Source: a bacterium (GTDB taxonomy: Bacteria; Bacteroidota; Bacteroidia; Bacteroidales; WCHB1-69). Taken from it: a stretch of DNA of 64,000 bases. Where the stretch lies: assembly GCA_963643165.1 (NCBI GenBank), contig CAVIJD010000008.1:4397-68396 (forward strand), read 5' to 3'. Below, in pieces: positions 41,361 to 49,843 of this stretch. Positions within the stretch are counted from its first letter, which is position 1; every line of letters begins with the position of its first letter. A model generated the notes under the pieces. The model saw only the letters and a program-made list of their open reading frames with translations. It made no database searches and was not told the origin of the DNA. A program made the translations under genes and the position numbers.

Positions 41361-42425
41361 ATGAACGAAGACATCACCAGACTCAATCAGGAGGAAGAGC
41401 AGGAGGAGTCGGGCGGCAAGGACTTGCTGTACGAGCATTTCCGTTTCACCGTAGATCCGGGCACCGAGTTGCTGCGCATCGACAAATACCTGTTCAACCT
41501 CATCCGCCACACCTCCCGCAACAAGATACAGCAAGCCTCCAAGGCCGGCTGCATCGTAGTGAACGGCAAGCCCGAGAAGCAGAACTACAAAGTACACCCC
41601 GGCGACGTCATCTCGGTGCTGATGCCCAATCCGCCCAGGGACACGGAGATAGTGCCCGAAGACATTCCCTTGGACATCACCTACGAGGACGACGACCTCA
41701 TCATCATCAACAAGAAAGCCGGCATGGTGGTACATCCCGCCTTCGGCAATTTCACGGGCACGATGGTCAACGCGCTCTACCACTACATGTTAGGCAAGCA
41801 GTTGCCTGACGGCTCGCCGATGCGCCCGCTTTTAGTACACCGCATCGACAAGAACACATCGGGGCTGTTGGTGGTGGCCAAAAACGAGCAAGCGCAGATG
41901 CGCTTGGCCAAGGTTTTCTTCAACCACGACCTCGAACGCCGCTACTGGGCTTTAGTTTGGGGCGACTTTGAAGAAGACGAAGGCACGATAGTGGGCAACG
42001 TGGGGCGCAACCCGAAAGACCGGATGGTGATGGCCGTATTTCCGGAGGGGAGCGACCAAGGCAAGCATGCCGTCACCCATTGGCGCGTGCTGGAACGGTT
42101 CGGCTACGTCACCCTCGTGGAGTGCCAACTTGAGACCGGGCGGACGCACCAGATCCGCGTACACATGCAGCACGTCGGGCATCCGCTGTTCAGCGACGAG
42201 TCGTACGGCGGCAACCGCATCCTGAAAGGCACCACCTTCACCAAATACCAGCAATTTGTGCGCAACTGCTTCGCGCTGATGCCGCGGCAGGCCCTGCATG
42301 CCAAGTCGTTAGGCTTCGCCCATCCCACCACGGGAGAGTTTGTGCGGTTTGAGTCGGAACTGCCGTCCGACTTCCAGTCGGTGCTGGAGAAGTGGCGCAA
42401 TTATGTCAAGGCAAACCGCGAGTAG
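41361..42425 (+). CDS. RluA-family 23S rRNA pseudouridine synthase (RluD-like)
   Basis: S4-like N-terminus; HRIDKNTSGLLVVAKNEQAQ; ETGRTHQIRVHMQHVGHPLFSDESYGG. Confidence 0.92.
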   Translation: MNEDITRLNQEEEQEESGGKDLLYEHFRFTVDPGTELLRIDKYLFNLIRHTSRNKIQQASKAGCIVVNGKPEKQNYKVHPGDVISVLMPNPPRDTEIVPEDIPLDITYEDDDLIIINKKAGMVVHPAFGNFTGTMVNALYHYMLGKQLPDGSPMRPLLVHRIDKNTSGLLVVAKNEQAQMRLAKVFFNHDLERRYWALVWGDFEEDEGTIVGNVGRNPKDRMVMAVFPEGSDQGKHAVTHWRVLERFGYVTLVECQLETGRTHQIRVHMQHVGHPLFSDESYGGNRILKGTTFTKYQQFVRNCFALMPRQALHAKSLGFAHPTTGEFVRFESELPSDFQSVLEKWRNYVKANRE

Positions 42426-42621
42426 GGCTTGCCTTGGCTTTCACGGCATCAACACATAACGCTGCGACGACACCAAACGGTTGAGGTTCATCTCGTCCTC
42501 GAGTGTCTTTCCGGAAATGGTCATTCTCCACGGCTACTGCACGAATGTTGAATGCAGTATGTTGAATGTTGAGCCTCTTCGAGGCTCTGTTTGGCTTGGG
42601 GCAAGACGCGCCCACGCACCA

Positions 42622-42646
42622 TCGGTCCTCGAAGAGGGCCAACATC
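42622..42646 (+). repeat. Dispersed intergenic repeat, copy B
   Basis: TCCTCGAAGAGGGCCAACATC (42626-42646) is an exact match to copies A and C; adjacent hairpin GAGCCTC-ttc-GAGGCTC at 42571-42587. Confidence 0.75.
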
Positions 42647-42663
42647 ATCGTGTTAGTCGGGAA

Positions 42664-42860
42664 TCGCCGACTTCGCCAAGTACAGGCGGGAATTCTTCGA
42701 GAAATACATCGACCTTTCCAAAGGCCTGCCGACAGACGACACGCTGCGAGGCTTCTTCCGGGACCTGAACCCGAAGTCGTTCCGGGCCCGCTTTGCGGAA
42801 TGGGCATCCTCCATCGTGCATGACAGTGCGCATGGCAAGGTCGTCAAAGTGAAACGCCCC
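42664..42860 (+). pseudogene. ISAs1/H-repeat-associated transposase N-terminal fragment
   Basis: + strand translation IADFAKYRREFFEKYIDLSKGLPTDDTLRGFFRDLNPKSFRARFAEWASSIV resembles the conserved ISAs1 N-terminus (xxFLDLPNGIPSHDTFxRVFxxLDPExFExCFxxWV). Confidence 0.6.
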
Positions 42861-42902
42861 AGCCGCAATCAGTTGACTCGTTCGTGCGGTAGCCCTGCGT
42901 CA

Positions 42903-43069
42903 TTCTCTTCACAGGAGAAATATTTATTGTCTTAAACACTATCTACCAATGTGTTATAAAAATTATAAATGTAAAAAAATGGCATATTTTATTTTTTATT
43001 ATTAAACATAGTCCAATGTCATATTTTTAGTTATCTTTGCACCGTTGTATATTTCTCCTGTGAAGAGAA
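42903..43069. repeat. 21-bp perfect inverted repeat upstream of the RiPP-like cassette
   Basis: TTCTCTTCACAGGAGAAATAT (42903-42923) and ATATTTCTCCTGTGAAGAGAA (43049-43069). Confidence 0.85.
43032..43039 (+). promoter_or_regulatory. Candidate Bacteroidetes -7 box (TATCTTTG)
   Basis: Matches TAnnTTTG, ~150 nt upstream of the candidate precursor; the -33 element is weak. Confidence 0.4.
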
Positions 43070-43188
43070 ATATGCGGACAGAAAAAGTTAATTTATAAGA
43101 ATGCGATTAACTTTAAAACAATAAGAAAACAGAAAAAGCCGAATCGCTGGAAAGGAGGTAGGCATTAACCCATAAAACCATTAATGCT

Positions 43189-43308
43189 ATGAAGAATTAT
43201 TCAAAAGCAAAAATGATTGCAAAGAACCTCGCTACTGGCTCTTACGCTGCAGGTTGCCCTGAAAAAGGTCGTGGACTTGATTGCCTCAATTGCGAGCGTA
43301 CAAGGTAA
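43189..43308 (+). CDS. Candidate RiPP precursor peptide (39 aa)
   Basis: MKNYSKAKMIAKNLATGSYAAGCPEKGRGLDCLNCERTR*. Three Cys and Gly-rich core at the C-terminus, followed by a radical SAM/SPASM gene; GGAGG-like sequence upstream at ~43154. Confidence 0.7.
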   Translation: MKNYSKAKMIAKNLATGSYAAGCPEKGRGLDCLNCERTR

Positions 43309-43324
43309 TCTTTGCAAGCAATTC

Positions 43325-43360
43325 GGAAGGAGTCTCCTTAAGAAATGGGAGATTCCTTCC
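43325..43360 (+). terminator. Hairpin/attenuator between precursor and maturase
   Basis: GGAAGGAGTCTCC-ttaagaaatg-GGAGATTCCTTCC: 13 bp stem with one G-U, 10-nt loop, followed by tttccttttaaaa. Confidence 0.65.
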
Positions 43361-43391
43361 TTTCCTTTTAAAACTCAAAACAAAAAAATAT

Positions 43392-44855
43392 ATGTTGATA
43401 AGACAAAGCAAGAACACATTCATAAGAGTGACAGAAAGGTATGGGTACATTACCAATCAGATGACCCGTCATGATAGGACATACGATGAAAATGGCGCTG
43501 ATTGGTTGAAAGAGATTAGCCGAGAACCGCAAACTATAGATGATATAATTGGTCGCCTTCAAAAAAATTATTGCGATGTAGATGCAGAAACGCTCAAGGC
43601 AGATTTTATGGAGTTTGCTGAGAGTTTGGCAAGAGATAAGTTCATTGTTATGGCTGAAACAGTTGAAGAACTTGATGCCAAGGACGATGATTTTACCTAC
43701 GCTATAGATAATCCTAAAACTCTGCGAGACGATTTTTATCAAGTAACGGAAGAGAAGGTGAGTGAGAACACCCAAGATTTCTTTTTGGAAGAAGTTCAAG
43801 GACGCCCATTGATTTCCAGTCTTCAATTCGAGTTGTCAAGCCGATGCAACGAACGGTGCATTCACTGCTATATTCCCAACGATAAGAAAAACCACGGCTT
43901 TGATATGCCTGCGGAAAAAGTCAAAAGCATACTCGACGAATTTGCGCAGATGGGAGGCATACATGTTACACTGTCGGGAGGAGAGGCATTTTTGCACAAG
44001 AATCTGATTGAGATAGTGAATTACTGCAGGGAAAAAGATCTCAAAATCAGTATCCTTTCAAATCTAATATCGCTAAAGGACGAACAAATCCCAGCTCTTA
44101 AAGCTGCCAATTTATCTTTGATTCAGGTCTCGCTTTACTCTATGGATCCAGAGATTCACGACTTTATCACCACGGTGAAAGGCTCGTGGCAAAAAACAAA
44201 AGATGCGATTGAAAAACTTGTTGCCGCAGATATCCCTGTACAAATTAGTTGCCCTATAATGAAGGCCAACAAAAAAGGTTATGACAAGGTGTTAGACTAT
44301 GCTAAATCATTGAAAATAAAGGCGCAGACCGACTATATAATGATGGCTCGTTCTGATCTTGACACAGAGAATCTTGCCAATCGTCTGTCGCTTGAGGAGA
44401 CGGAAGAGTTGCTGCGCACATTGATAGAACACGACATCAATTACAAGGAGGAAACTTTACAGCAACTACCTATATCTGATCAAATCAAGTTTGATCTTGA
44501 ACGTTTCAAAAAGCAACCTGTATGTGGTGTAGGATATGATAACTGTTGCATTACTACAAATGGCGATGTCTATCCGTGTGCAGGCTGGCAGGATTATGTG
44601 CTTGGCAATGTTTACAAGCAATCATTAAAGGAGATATGGGAAAACAGCGAACGAGTAAAAGAACTTCGTAAAATAACCCAGGCCTCATTCCCACAATGTC
44701 TTGAATGTGAGGCAAGGGACTATTGCGCTCGTTGTCTTGTCCGTAATTATAACGAAAGCGGAGGCGATATGTTTGCTGTGAACCATCATTTTTGCGATGT
44801 GGCATTTTTGAACAAAAAGATTGTTGAAGAATACAAAGAGAAAGGATTGTTATAA
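43392..44855 (+). CDS. Radical SAM/SPASM peptide maturase-like protein
   Basis: CNERCIHC (CxxxCxxC) after LQFELSSR; LSGGEAFLHKNL; C-terminal SPASM-like Cys set CGVGYDNCC...CAGW...CLECEARDYCARC. The ORF-track start at 43281 overlaps the precursor; MLIRQSKN at 43392 is the better start. Confidence 0.88.
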   Translation: MLIRQSKNTFIRVTERYGYITNQMTRHDRTYDENGADWLKEISREPQTIDDIIGRLQKNYCDVDAETLKADFMEFAESLARDKFIVMAETVEELDAKDDDFTYAIDNPKTLRDDFYQVTEEKVSENTQDFFLEEVQGRPLISSLQFELSSRCNERCIHCYIPNDKKNHGFDMPAEKVKSILDEFAQMGGIHVTLSGGEAFLHKNLIEIVNYCREKDLKISILSNLISLKDEQIPALKAANLSLIQVSLYSMDPEIHDFITTVKGSWQKTKDAIEKLVAADIPVQISCPIMKANKKGYDKVLDYAKSLKIKAQTDYIMMARSDLDTENLANRLSLEETEELLRTLIEHDINYKEETLQQLPISDQIKFDLERFKKQPVCGVGYDNCCITTNGDVYPCAGWQDYVLGNVYKQSLKEIWENSERVKELRKITQASFPQCLECEARDYCARCLVRNYNESGGDMFAVNHHFCDVAFLNKKIVEEYKEKGLL

Positions 44856-45148
44856 TGGGTGCTGATGACATAAAGGACTTATTGGAACTGATTATCTGTG
44901 TGTTGGGCGTAGTTATACCACTGTTTTTTTTGATTAAAGAACGCTACGATAAGAAAAGACGCAAATTAGCTCAGCAGGTAATAGCGTATCATTGCTTGCA
45001 AGAGGAGGCCGTAGAATGGATAAAGGCACTTGCACCCACAGAAAAAAAAGTAAAAGAACAACTGCGTGAACGCGCCTCTAAGCATAAAGATAATGTAGCG
45101 CAAATATATCCTAAAATGGCAACAAAAGAGGCTTCAAAATATCTGTAA
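44855..45148 (+). CDS. Small membrane-anchored coiled protein, unknown function
   Basis: 97 aa, N-terminal TM LLELIICVLGVVIPLFFLI; 1-nt TAATG overlaps with both flanking genes. Confidence 0.6.
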   Translation: MGADDIKDLLELIICVLGVVIPLFFLIKERYDKKRRKLAQQVIAYHCLQEEAVEWIKALAPTEKKVKEQLRERASKHKDNVAQIYPKMATKEASKYL

Positions 45149-45921
45149 TGCTAATTGATTCGCATATTCATGTGGGGCAGTTCAGAGAACAATATTTTGC
45201 TCCGTCAACTATTCATCGGTTGGTAGAGCAATTAGGGATAGATTATTATGCAGTCTCTTCAACCACCATGTGCGAAGAAGACTATCCGAAAGTTATAGAA
45301 GAAATCCAACAACTTGTTGAAATAGATGGGGAAAAAGTGCTCCCAGTAATGTGGATTACACCGGCAGGATTGGAAGGAAACATCGCTTGGTTTTTGGAAT
45401 CGAGTATCAAATGGAGGTGTTTGAAAGTTCATCCGCTCCTTCATCCTAATGATTGGTGTCCGGAAGGGGGACAATTTCGAGATGTTGTGGATATAGCAAG
45501 AGCGTTACATCTGCCATTGCTTATACATACTGGAAATGATGTAATTTGTCATTGTGGCAAGTATGAACCGTTAGTCGCGAACAATCCAGATGTGGTTTTC
45601 ATACTTGCTCATGGCAGACCATTGACGCAGATTGTTCCTTTGCTTCGCAATTATTCTAATGCGTATGCAGATTCGGCTTTCATGCAAGTGGCAGATATGT
45701 CACAATTGATGCAATATGGACTATCTCACAAATTGTTATGGGGAACAGACATGTGCATTCCGAAGTATTATTATCCCCAAAAGGATATGCAAGTATACTA
45801 TCAAAGGAAATTGGACGCTTTTAAAAAAGTTAGTTCAACGGAACAATATGAACAAGTAACATTCCATAATGCAATGAAATTGTGGAGTCTTGAATGTATC
45901 TTAAAAGGCTTAACGAAATAA
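45148..45921 (+). CDS. Amidohydrolase/TatD-superfamily-like metal-dependent hydrolase
   Basis: N-terminal DSHIHVG metal motif, LPLLIHTGND, FILAHGRP, LLWGTDMCIPKYY. Confidence 0.8.
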   Translation: MLIDSHIHVGQFREQYFAPSTIHRLVEQLGIDYYAVSSTTMCEEDYPKVIEEIQQLVEIDGEKVLPVMWITPAGLEGNIAWFLESSIKWRCLKVHPLLHPNDWCPEGGQFRDVVDIARALHLPLLIHTGNDVICHCGKYEPLVANNPDVVFILAHGRPLTQIVPLLRNYSNAYADSAFMQVADMSQLMQYGLSHKLLWGTDMCIPKYYYPQKDMQVYYQRKLDAFKKVSSTEQYEQVTFHNAMKLWSLECILKGLTK

Positions 45922-45941
45922 GTAATGTGTCTTGTGATGAT

Positions 45942-46199
45942 ATGATTGTAGAAATGGCACATATCAATAATAAAGACAAAGACACAAGTCCTTCCAATCC
46001 AAGTGTTTATAATGTTGATGTCAGGAATGATGAGGGAGATACTCGACCTCCTCATATACATGTTGCCCATAAAACCGAACAATGGGGGTCTTGGTCTTCG
46101 TTAAACGACCTTGCGTGTCTTCCACCGGTCAGCCCCGAGTCAAACAGATCCTCGAAGAGGGCCAACATCGTGGAAAGAGAGAAAGAACAACACGCGTAA
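45942..46199 (+). CDS. Short ORF, unknown; C-terminal part encoded by dispersed repeat
   Basis: MIVEMAHINNKDKDTSPSNPSVYNVDVRNDEGDTRPPHIHVAHKTEQWGS... then repeat-derived RSSKRANIVE. Confidence 0.35.
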   Translation: MIVEMAHINNKDKDTSPSNPSVYNVDVRNDEGDTRPPHIHVAHKTEQWGSWSSLNDLACLPPVSPESNRSSKRANIVEREKEQHA

Positions 46200-46212
46200 C
46201 GCCTCTACATTC
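46149..46212 (+). repeat. Dispersed intergenic repeat, copy C
   Basis: TCCTCGAAGAGGGCCAACATC (46149-46169) plus acgcgtaacgcctctacattctaaattc. Confidence 0.75.
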
Positions 46213-46249
46213 TAAATTCACTTTTGTGCGGTAGCCTTGGCTTTCACGG

Positions 46250-47176
46250 CTAAGCTTCGCGGAGGATGTTCTGCACGACAATATCGATACGTTCATCGAA
46301 AGCCTCGCGCGTGGCATAGCCCACATGGGGCACCACGATGCAGTTGGGGGCTTTCAGCAACGGGTGTTCGGCAGGCAGCGGCGGTTCTTTCTCAAAGACA
46401 TCGATGCCGGCACCGGCAAGGCGGCCGGCCTCCAACGCTTCAGCCAGGGCATCCATATCCACCACATTGCCACGGGCCGTATTGACCAATATGGCCGACG
46501 GTTTGCACAAGCCCAGCAGGTCTTTGCTAATCAGATGATGGGTTTCGGACGTCAAAGGGACATGCAGCGAGATGATGTCGCTGTCACGCATCAGTTCCTC
46601 AAGGGGCACATACGTCACCCCCAAAGCCTTGGCCTCCGCCTTCTCGGTACGGCTCCAGGCCACCACACGGCAACCGAAATGGAGCAGCAGTTCGGCGGTG
46701 CGAAGCCCAATTGCGCCCGTGCCCACAATGCCTACCTGCTTGCCACGAAGTTCGCGCCCCAGAAAGTTGTTGCGGGTGCCGCCGCCACGGAGCGAAGCGT
46801 CTAACACCGTAATGCGGCGGTAAAGGTCAAGCATCAGGCCTATAGCCAGTTCCGCCACACCCTCGGTGGCATAGCCGGCTGCATTCACCACCTGAATGCC
46901 ATGCGCCTTGCAATAGTCCAAATCGATGTGGTCGAGACCCGTAAAGGCCACGTCCAGCATTTTGAGATGCGGACACTGCGACAAAACGGCAGCACTGACT
47001 TTAATATTGGAGACTATCACAATTTCAGCCTCCTTCATCCTTTCAACAAGGGTGCTTTCGTCCTCTTTTCTGTCACGGTAACAGCAAAAATCGTGACCAT
47101 ATTTGGCAAACTCAGCCTTTAATGCTTCGGCTTTTTCTTCACTGATGCCTATCGGCTCAACAGAAACTATCTTCAT
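46250..47176 (-). CDS. D-isomer-specific 2-hydroxyacid dehydrogenase
   Basis: GKQVGIVGTGAIGLRTAELL; GVAELAIGLMLDLYR; VNTARGNVVDMDALAEALEAG. Confidence 0.9.
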   Translation of the reverse strand: MKIVSVEPIGISEEKAEALKAEFAKYGHDFCCYRDRKEDESTLVERMKEAEIVIVSNIKVSAAVLSQCPHLKMLDVAFTGLDHIDLDYCKAHGIQVVNAAGYATEGVAELAIGLMLDLYRRITVLDASLRGGGTRNNFLGRELRGKQVGIVGTGAIGLRTAELLLHFGCRVVAWSRTEKAEAKALGVTYVPLEELMRDSDIISLHVPLTSETHHLISKDLLGLCKPSAILVNTARGNVVDMDALAEALEAGRLAGAGIDVFEKEPPLPAEHPLLKAPNCIVVPHVGYATREAFDERIDIVVQNILREA

Positions 47177-47214
47177 ATACTGACTATATTATAATATTGT
47201 ATAATGCCCTGGGC

Positions 47215-48084
47215 TTATCTCACTTTCACCTTTTCCACCTGAAGAACCTTGCGGTTCTGTTTGTCATAAAGGATGGCCACCACATAGCAGTTGTCCACAT
47301 TCCAGTCTTTGCCCTCAAAGCTGACTTTTGCGGCTTTGTAATAGGCGTGCCCTTTTTGCAGAACGCCATCATCTGTAAGCAGGTCGCCCCACGTGCCGTT
47401 GATGCCCGTGCGCAGCACATGGTTGTGAACATAGTCCTGCACCGTGTCGGAGTCATAGAGTTGGGGTTGAACGATATTGTCTTCAATCAGCAGCAGAGAG
47501 AGTTGCACGGGGTCGGGATAATCGGCCAGCATCGTCACCTTGGCAGTAGTCTTGAGTTCGTCCGAAAACTGGTTCACCAGTTGAACGGCGGCATAGACCG
47601 TGCGGTCGGTCTCTTTGACCAATTTTTCCCATTCCATAATGGCTGCGCCGCCGTTGTCGTCATTGCGGTCGATGACGGCAGAGGGGATGCTTTGTATATT
47701 GTAAGTTGTGCCCAAAGCATTGCCGATTTCCGTGCGGAAGTCGTACGGGAAGCCATTGTTGGGTTTAGGGTTAGCCAAGGTGGTGTAATGGACGCCCACT
47801 GCCACCAGCGTATCGCCAAAGATGCCGTGGAGCCGTTCCAGTTCCTGGTGGCCACGGGGGCAGTTGGTACAGCGGTGTCCTGTATATTCCTCAATCAAGA
47901 CCTTGCGGTAAACCGTTGCGGGGTCAACCGGGAGGAGGTCAAAAAGCGTGGTGTCATACGCTGTATGTTGCGGCACGGTGAGGTATGGGCCCTCAATGCG
48001 GTCGCAGGATGTGCCCATGACAGCGGCAAAGAGTGCCAGCACCATTATTTTATTCACTTTATTCATAAATACTTGTTTATTCAT
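47215..48084 (-). CDS. Omp28-related outer membrane lipoprotein-like protein
   Basis: Lipobox AVMGTSC; VLIEEYTGHRCTNCPRGHQELERL. Confidence 0.75.
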   Translation of the reverse strand: MNKQVFMNKVNKIMVLALFAAVMGTSCDRIEGPYLTVPQHTAYDTTLFDLLPVDPATVYRKVLIEEYTGHRCTNCPRGHQELERLHGIFGDTLVAVGVHYTTLANPKPNNGFPYDFRTEIGNALGTTYNIQSIPSAVIDRNDDNGGAAIMEWEKLVKETDRTVYAAVQLVNQFSDELKTTAKVTMLADYPDPVQLSLLLIEDNIVQPQLYDSDTVQDYVHNHVLRTGINGTWGDLLTDDGVLQKGHAYYKAAKVSFEGKDWNVDNCYVVAILYDKQNRKVLQVEKVKVR

Positions 48085-48090
48085 TAGACA

Positions 48091-49830
48091 TTAAAACGAT
48101 GTGGTGACAGAAAGGCCCAAGCCGTAGGAGGCGGGCACGGTACGGCACACGCCGCCGATGCAAAGGATGCCCTCCTGGGTTTTGCCGAAGTTAAGCGAGA
48201 TGCGCGTAGTGTTCCAAACGAAAGTGCCGGCGATGTTGTAATAATGGATCCTTTGTTCTTTCACCTTGTTGCCGTAGTTCCACTGGTCGCCTACAGACAC
48301 GAACCATTTGGGACTGATAGAGTATTCAAGCATGCCGTAGATCCAACTGCCCTTGTCGTCCTTGGTATAGAGGTGTTGGGCTTCGAGGCGGAGTGCGTGT
48401 ACGGGGGTCACCTTCCACTGCAGGTCGGCGGCCACCAGATGCCCGCGCATAATGCCCTCGTGTCCTTGCAATATTTCCATATTGTAAGTAATATAATTGT
48501 AAGCGAGAATGAGTTTCCACTGCTTGGTGAGGCGGCGGCTGATTTCAAAGCCGACGTCCTGATAGAGCAAATCGGGACCGAACTTGAAGAAACTGGAGGT
48601 ATAGCCGTCGGTGCCGCCGGTATTGCCGTTGAGGACTGCCTCGTCGGTAAGTTGCTTGTCGATATTATGGAAGCGAGAGTAATTGAAAGTCAAGTCGGTG
48701 CCGTACTTGCCACCAATTTTGGTTTTCTTGGGTATTCTGTAGTTCACCTGCAGTTGTGCGCCGATCTGGCTGTTAGGTTGCGAGGCGAAGCTGTAATTGC
48801 CGATCAGCTGGTAGGAGTATTGCCGGTTGATGGCGGGGATGTTGTTGATCATAAGGGTTGACGTGGTCGGGCTGGTCATACGTTGGGAGCGGAAATCCAT
48901 ATTGTCGGCGCGGATGAACGAGGCTGCAATGCCGAGTCCTTTCATCGCGTAGGTTGCCGACAGGAAAAGGGCGTTGCCTTTCCGATAGACGAATCCGTTA
49001 GAGTAATTGGGGTCTTGGCTCTTGGCCGCGTATTCGCCATCGAGTCTGAAGCCCTTGTATCCGAAGCTCAGTCGTGTAGCCCAGGTGGCCACATTTTTCG
49101 GAATCTTGTCCATAGTAATCTGGGCGGAAGAAGCGCTGTCCGTGCCGGGATAGACGGAAACGTAGATCGGGTCATCTACCTGTTCGTACTTGCTCACGAA
49201 AGAGGCGCCGGCATTGAGCATAAAGCCCTTTTCAGACAGTTTAGGGAAAAGTTCGCCGAACATCAGCTCGCCGTCGAGACCGCGCACCTGGTCGTTGCGG
49301 CCGCTATATGATTGAAAGTTGAGACGTTGCAAGCCATACACGCCTTTAAGGACAATACCCTTGTAGGGAGTAACCTTCACGCGGCCGCCCAGCAGACTGT
49401 TGTCGATGCCCAACTGCCGGTCTTCGTAGGCTCTGAGGGCCAGACCGTTGCCGAACTGCTCATAAAAGGTACCGGCGGTCACTTGGATGAAATCATTGCG
49501 GTAGTCTGCGAAGAAGTACTTGATGCCCTGCCCTTGGTAGCCGATCTTCTCAAAGTCGAGGAGCGGGAACTGGTAGAACTCGTAGCGCATGCCGGCAGAG
49601 AAGCCGCCGTTGAAATAGAGCAGGTTGAGGAAGGCGTTGGCGCGGACTTTGGAGTCCACCTTCTCGGCACCGATGAGGGAGTCGGGGATATAATACATGC
49701 CGTTGAAACCGAAGTCGCCGCTGATGCGACCGCTGCCGATCTGATGCTGAGCAAACGTAGAGCCGGCAAGAACTGTCAGGAGCAGGGCTGCCGACAGTTT
49801 AAGGAGTAGATGTCTTTTCATATATTGCAA
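48091..49830 (-). CDS. DUF6029-like outer membrane beta-barrel protein
   Basis: Signal peptide; alternating beta-barrel pattern; ends ...YGLGLSVTTSF. Confidence 0.65.
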   Translation of the reverse strand: MQYMKRHLLLKLSAALLLTVLAGSTFAQHQIGSGRISGDFGFNGMYYIPDSLIGAEKVDSKVRANAFLNLLYFNGGFSAGMRYEFYQFPLLDFEKIGYQGQGIKYFFADYRNDFIQVTAGTFYEQFGNGLALRAYEDRQLGIDNSLLGGRVKVTPYKGIVLKGVYGLQRLNFQSYSGRNDQVRGLDGELMFGELFPKLSEKGFMLNAGASFVSKYEQVDDPIYVSVYPGTDSASSAQITMDKIPKNVATWATRLSFGYKGFRLDGEYAAKSQDPNYSNGFVYRKGNALFLSATYAMKGLGIAASFIRADNMDFRSQRMTSPTTSTLMINNIPAINRQYSYQLIGNYSFASQPNSQIGAQLQVNYRIPKKTKIGGKYGTDLTFNYSRFHNIDKQLTDEAVLNGNTGGTDGYTSSFFKFGPDLLYQDVGFEISRRLTKQWKLILAYNYITYNMEILQGHEGIMRGHLVAADLQWKVTPVHALRLEAQHLYTKDDKGSWIYGMLEYSISPKWFVSVGDQWNYGNKVKEQRIHYYNIAGTFVWNTTRISLNFGKTQEGILCIGGVCRTVPASYGLGLSVTTSF

Positions 49831-49843
49831 TTATACGAACCTA

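Noticed and set aside
42566-42823. Minus-strand 85-aa ORF
   Set aside because: Made from the dispersed repeat and the reverse strand of the transposase relic; no protein-like features.
43281-43391. N-terminal extension of the radical SAM protein (MPQLRAYKVIFASNSEGVSL...)
   Set aside because: It overlaps the candidate precursor out of frame and reads through the hairpin; 43392 is a better-placed start.
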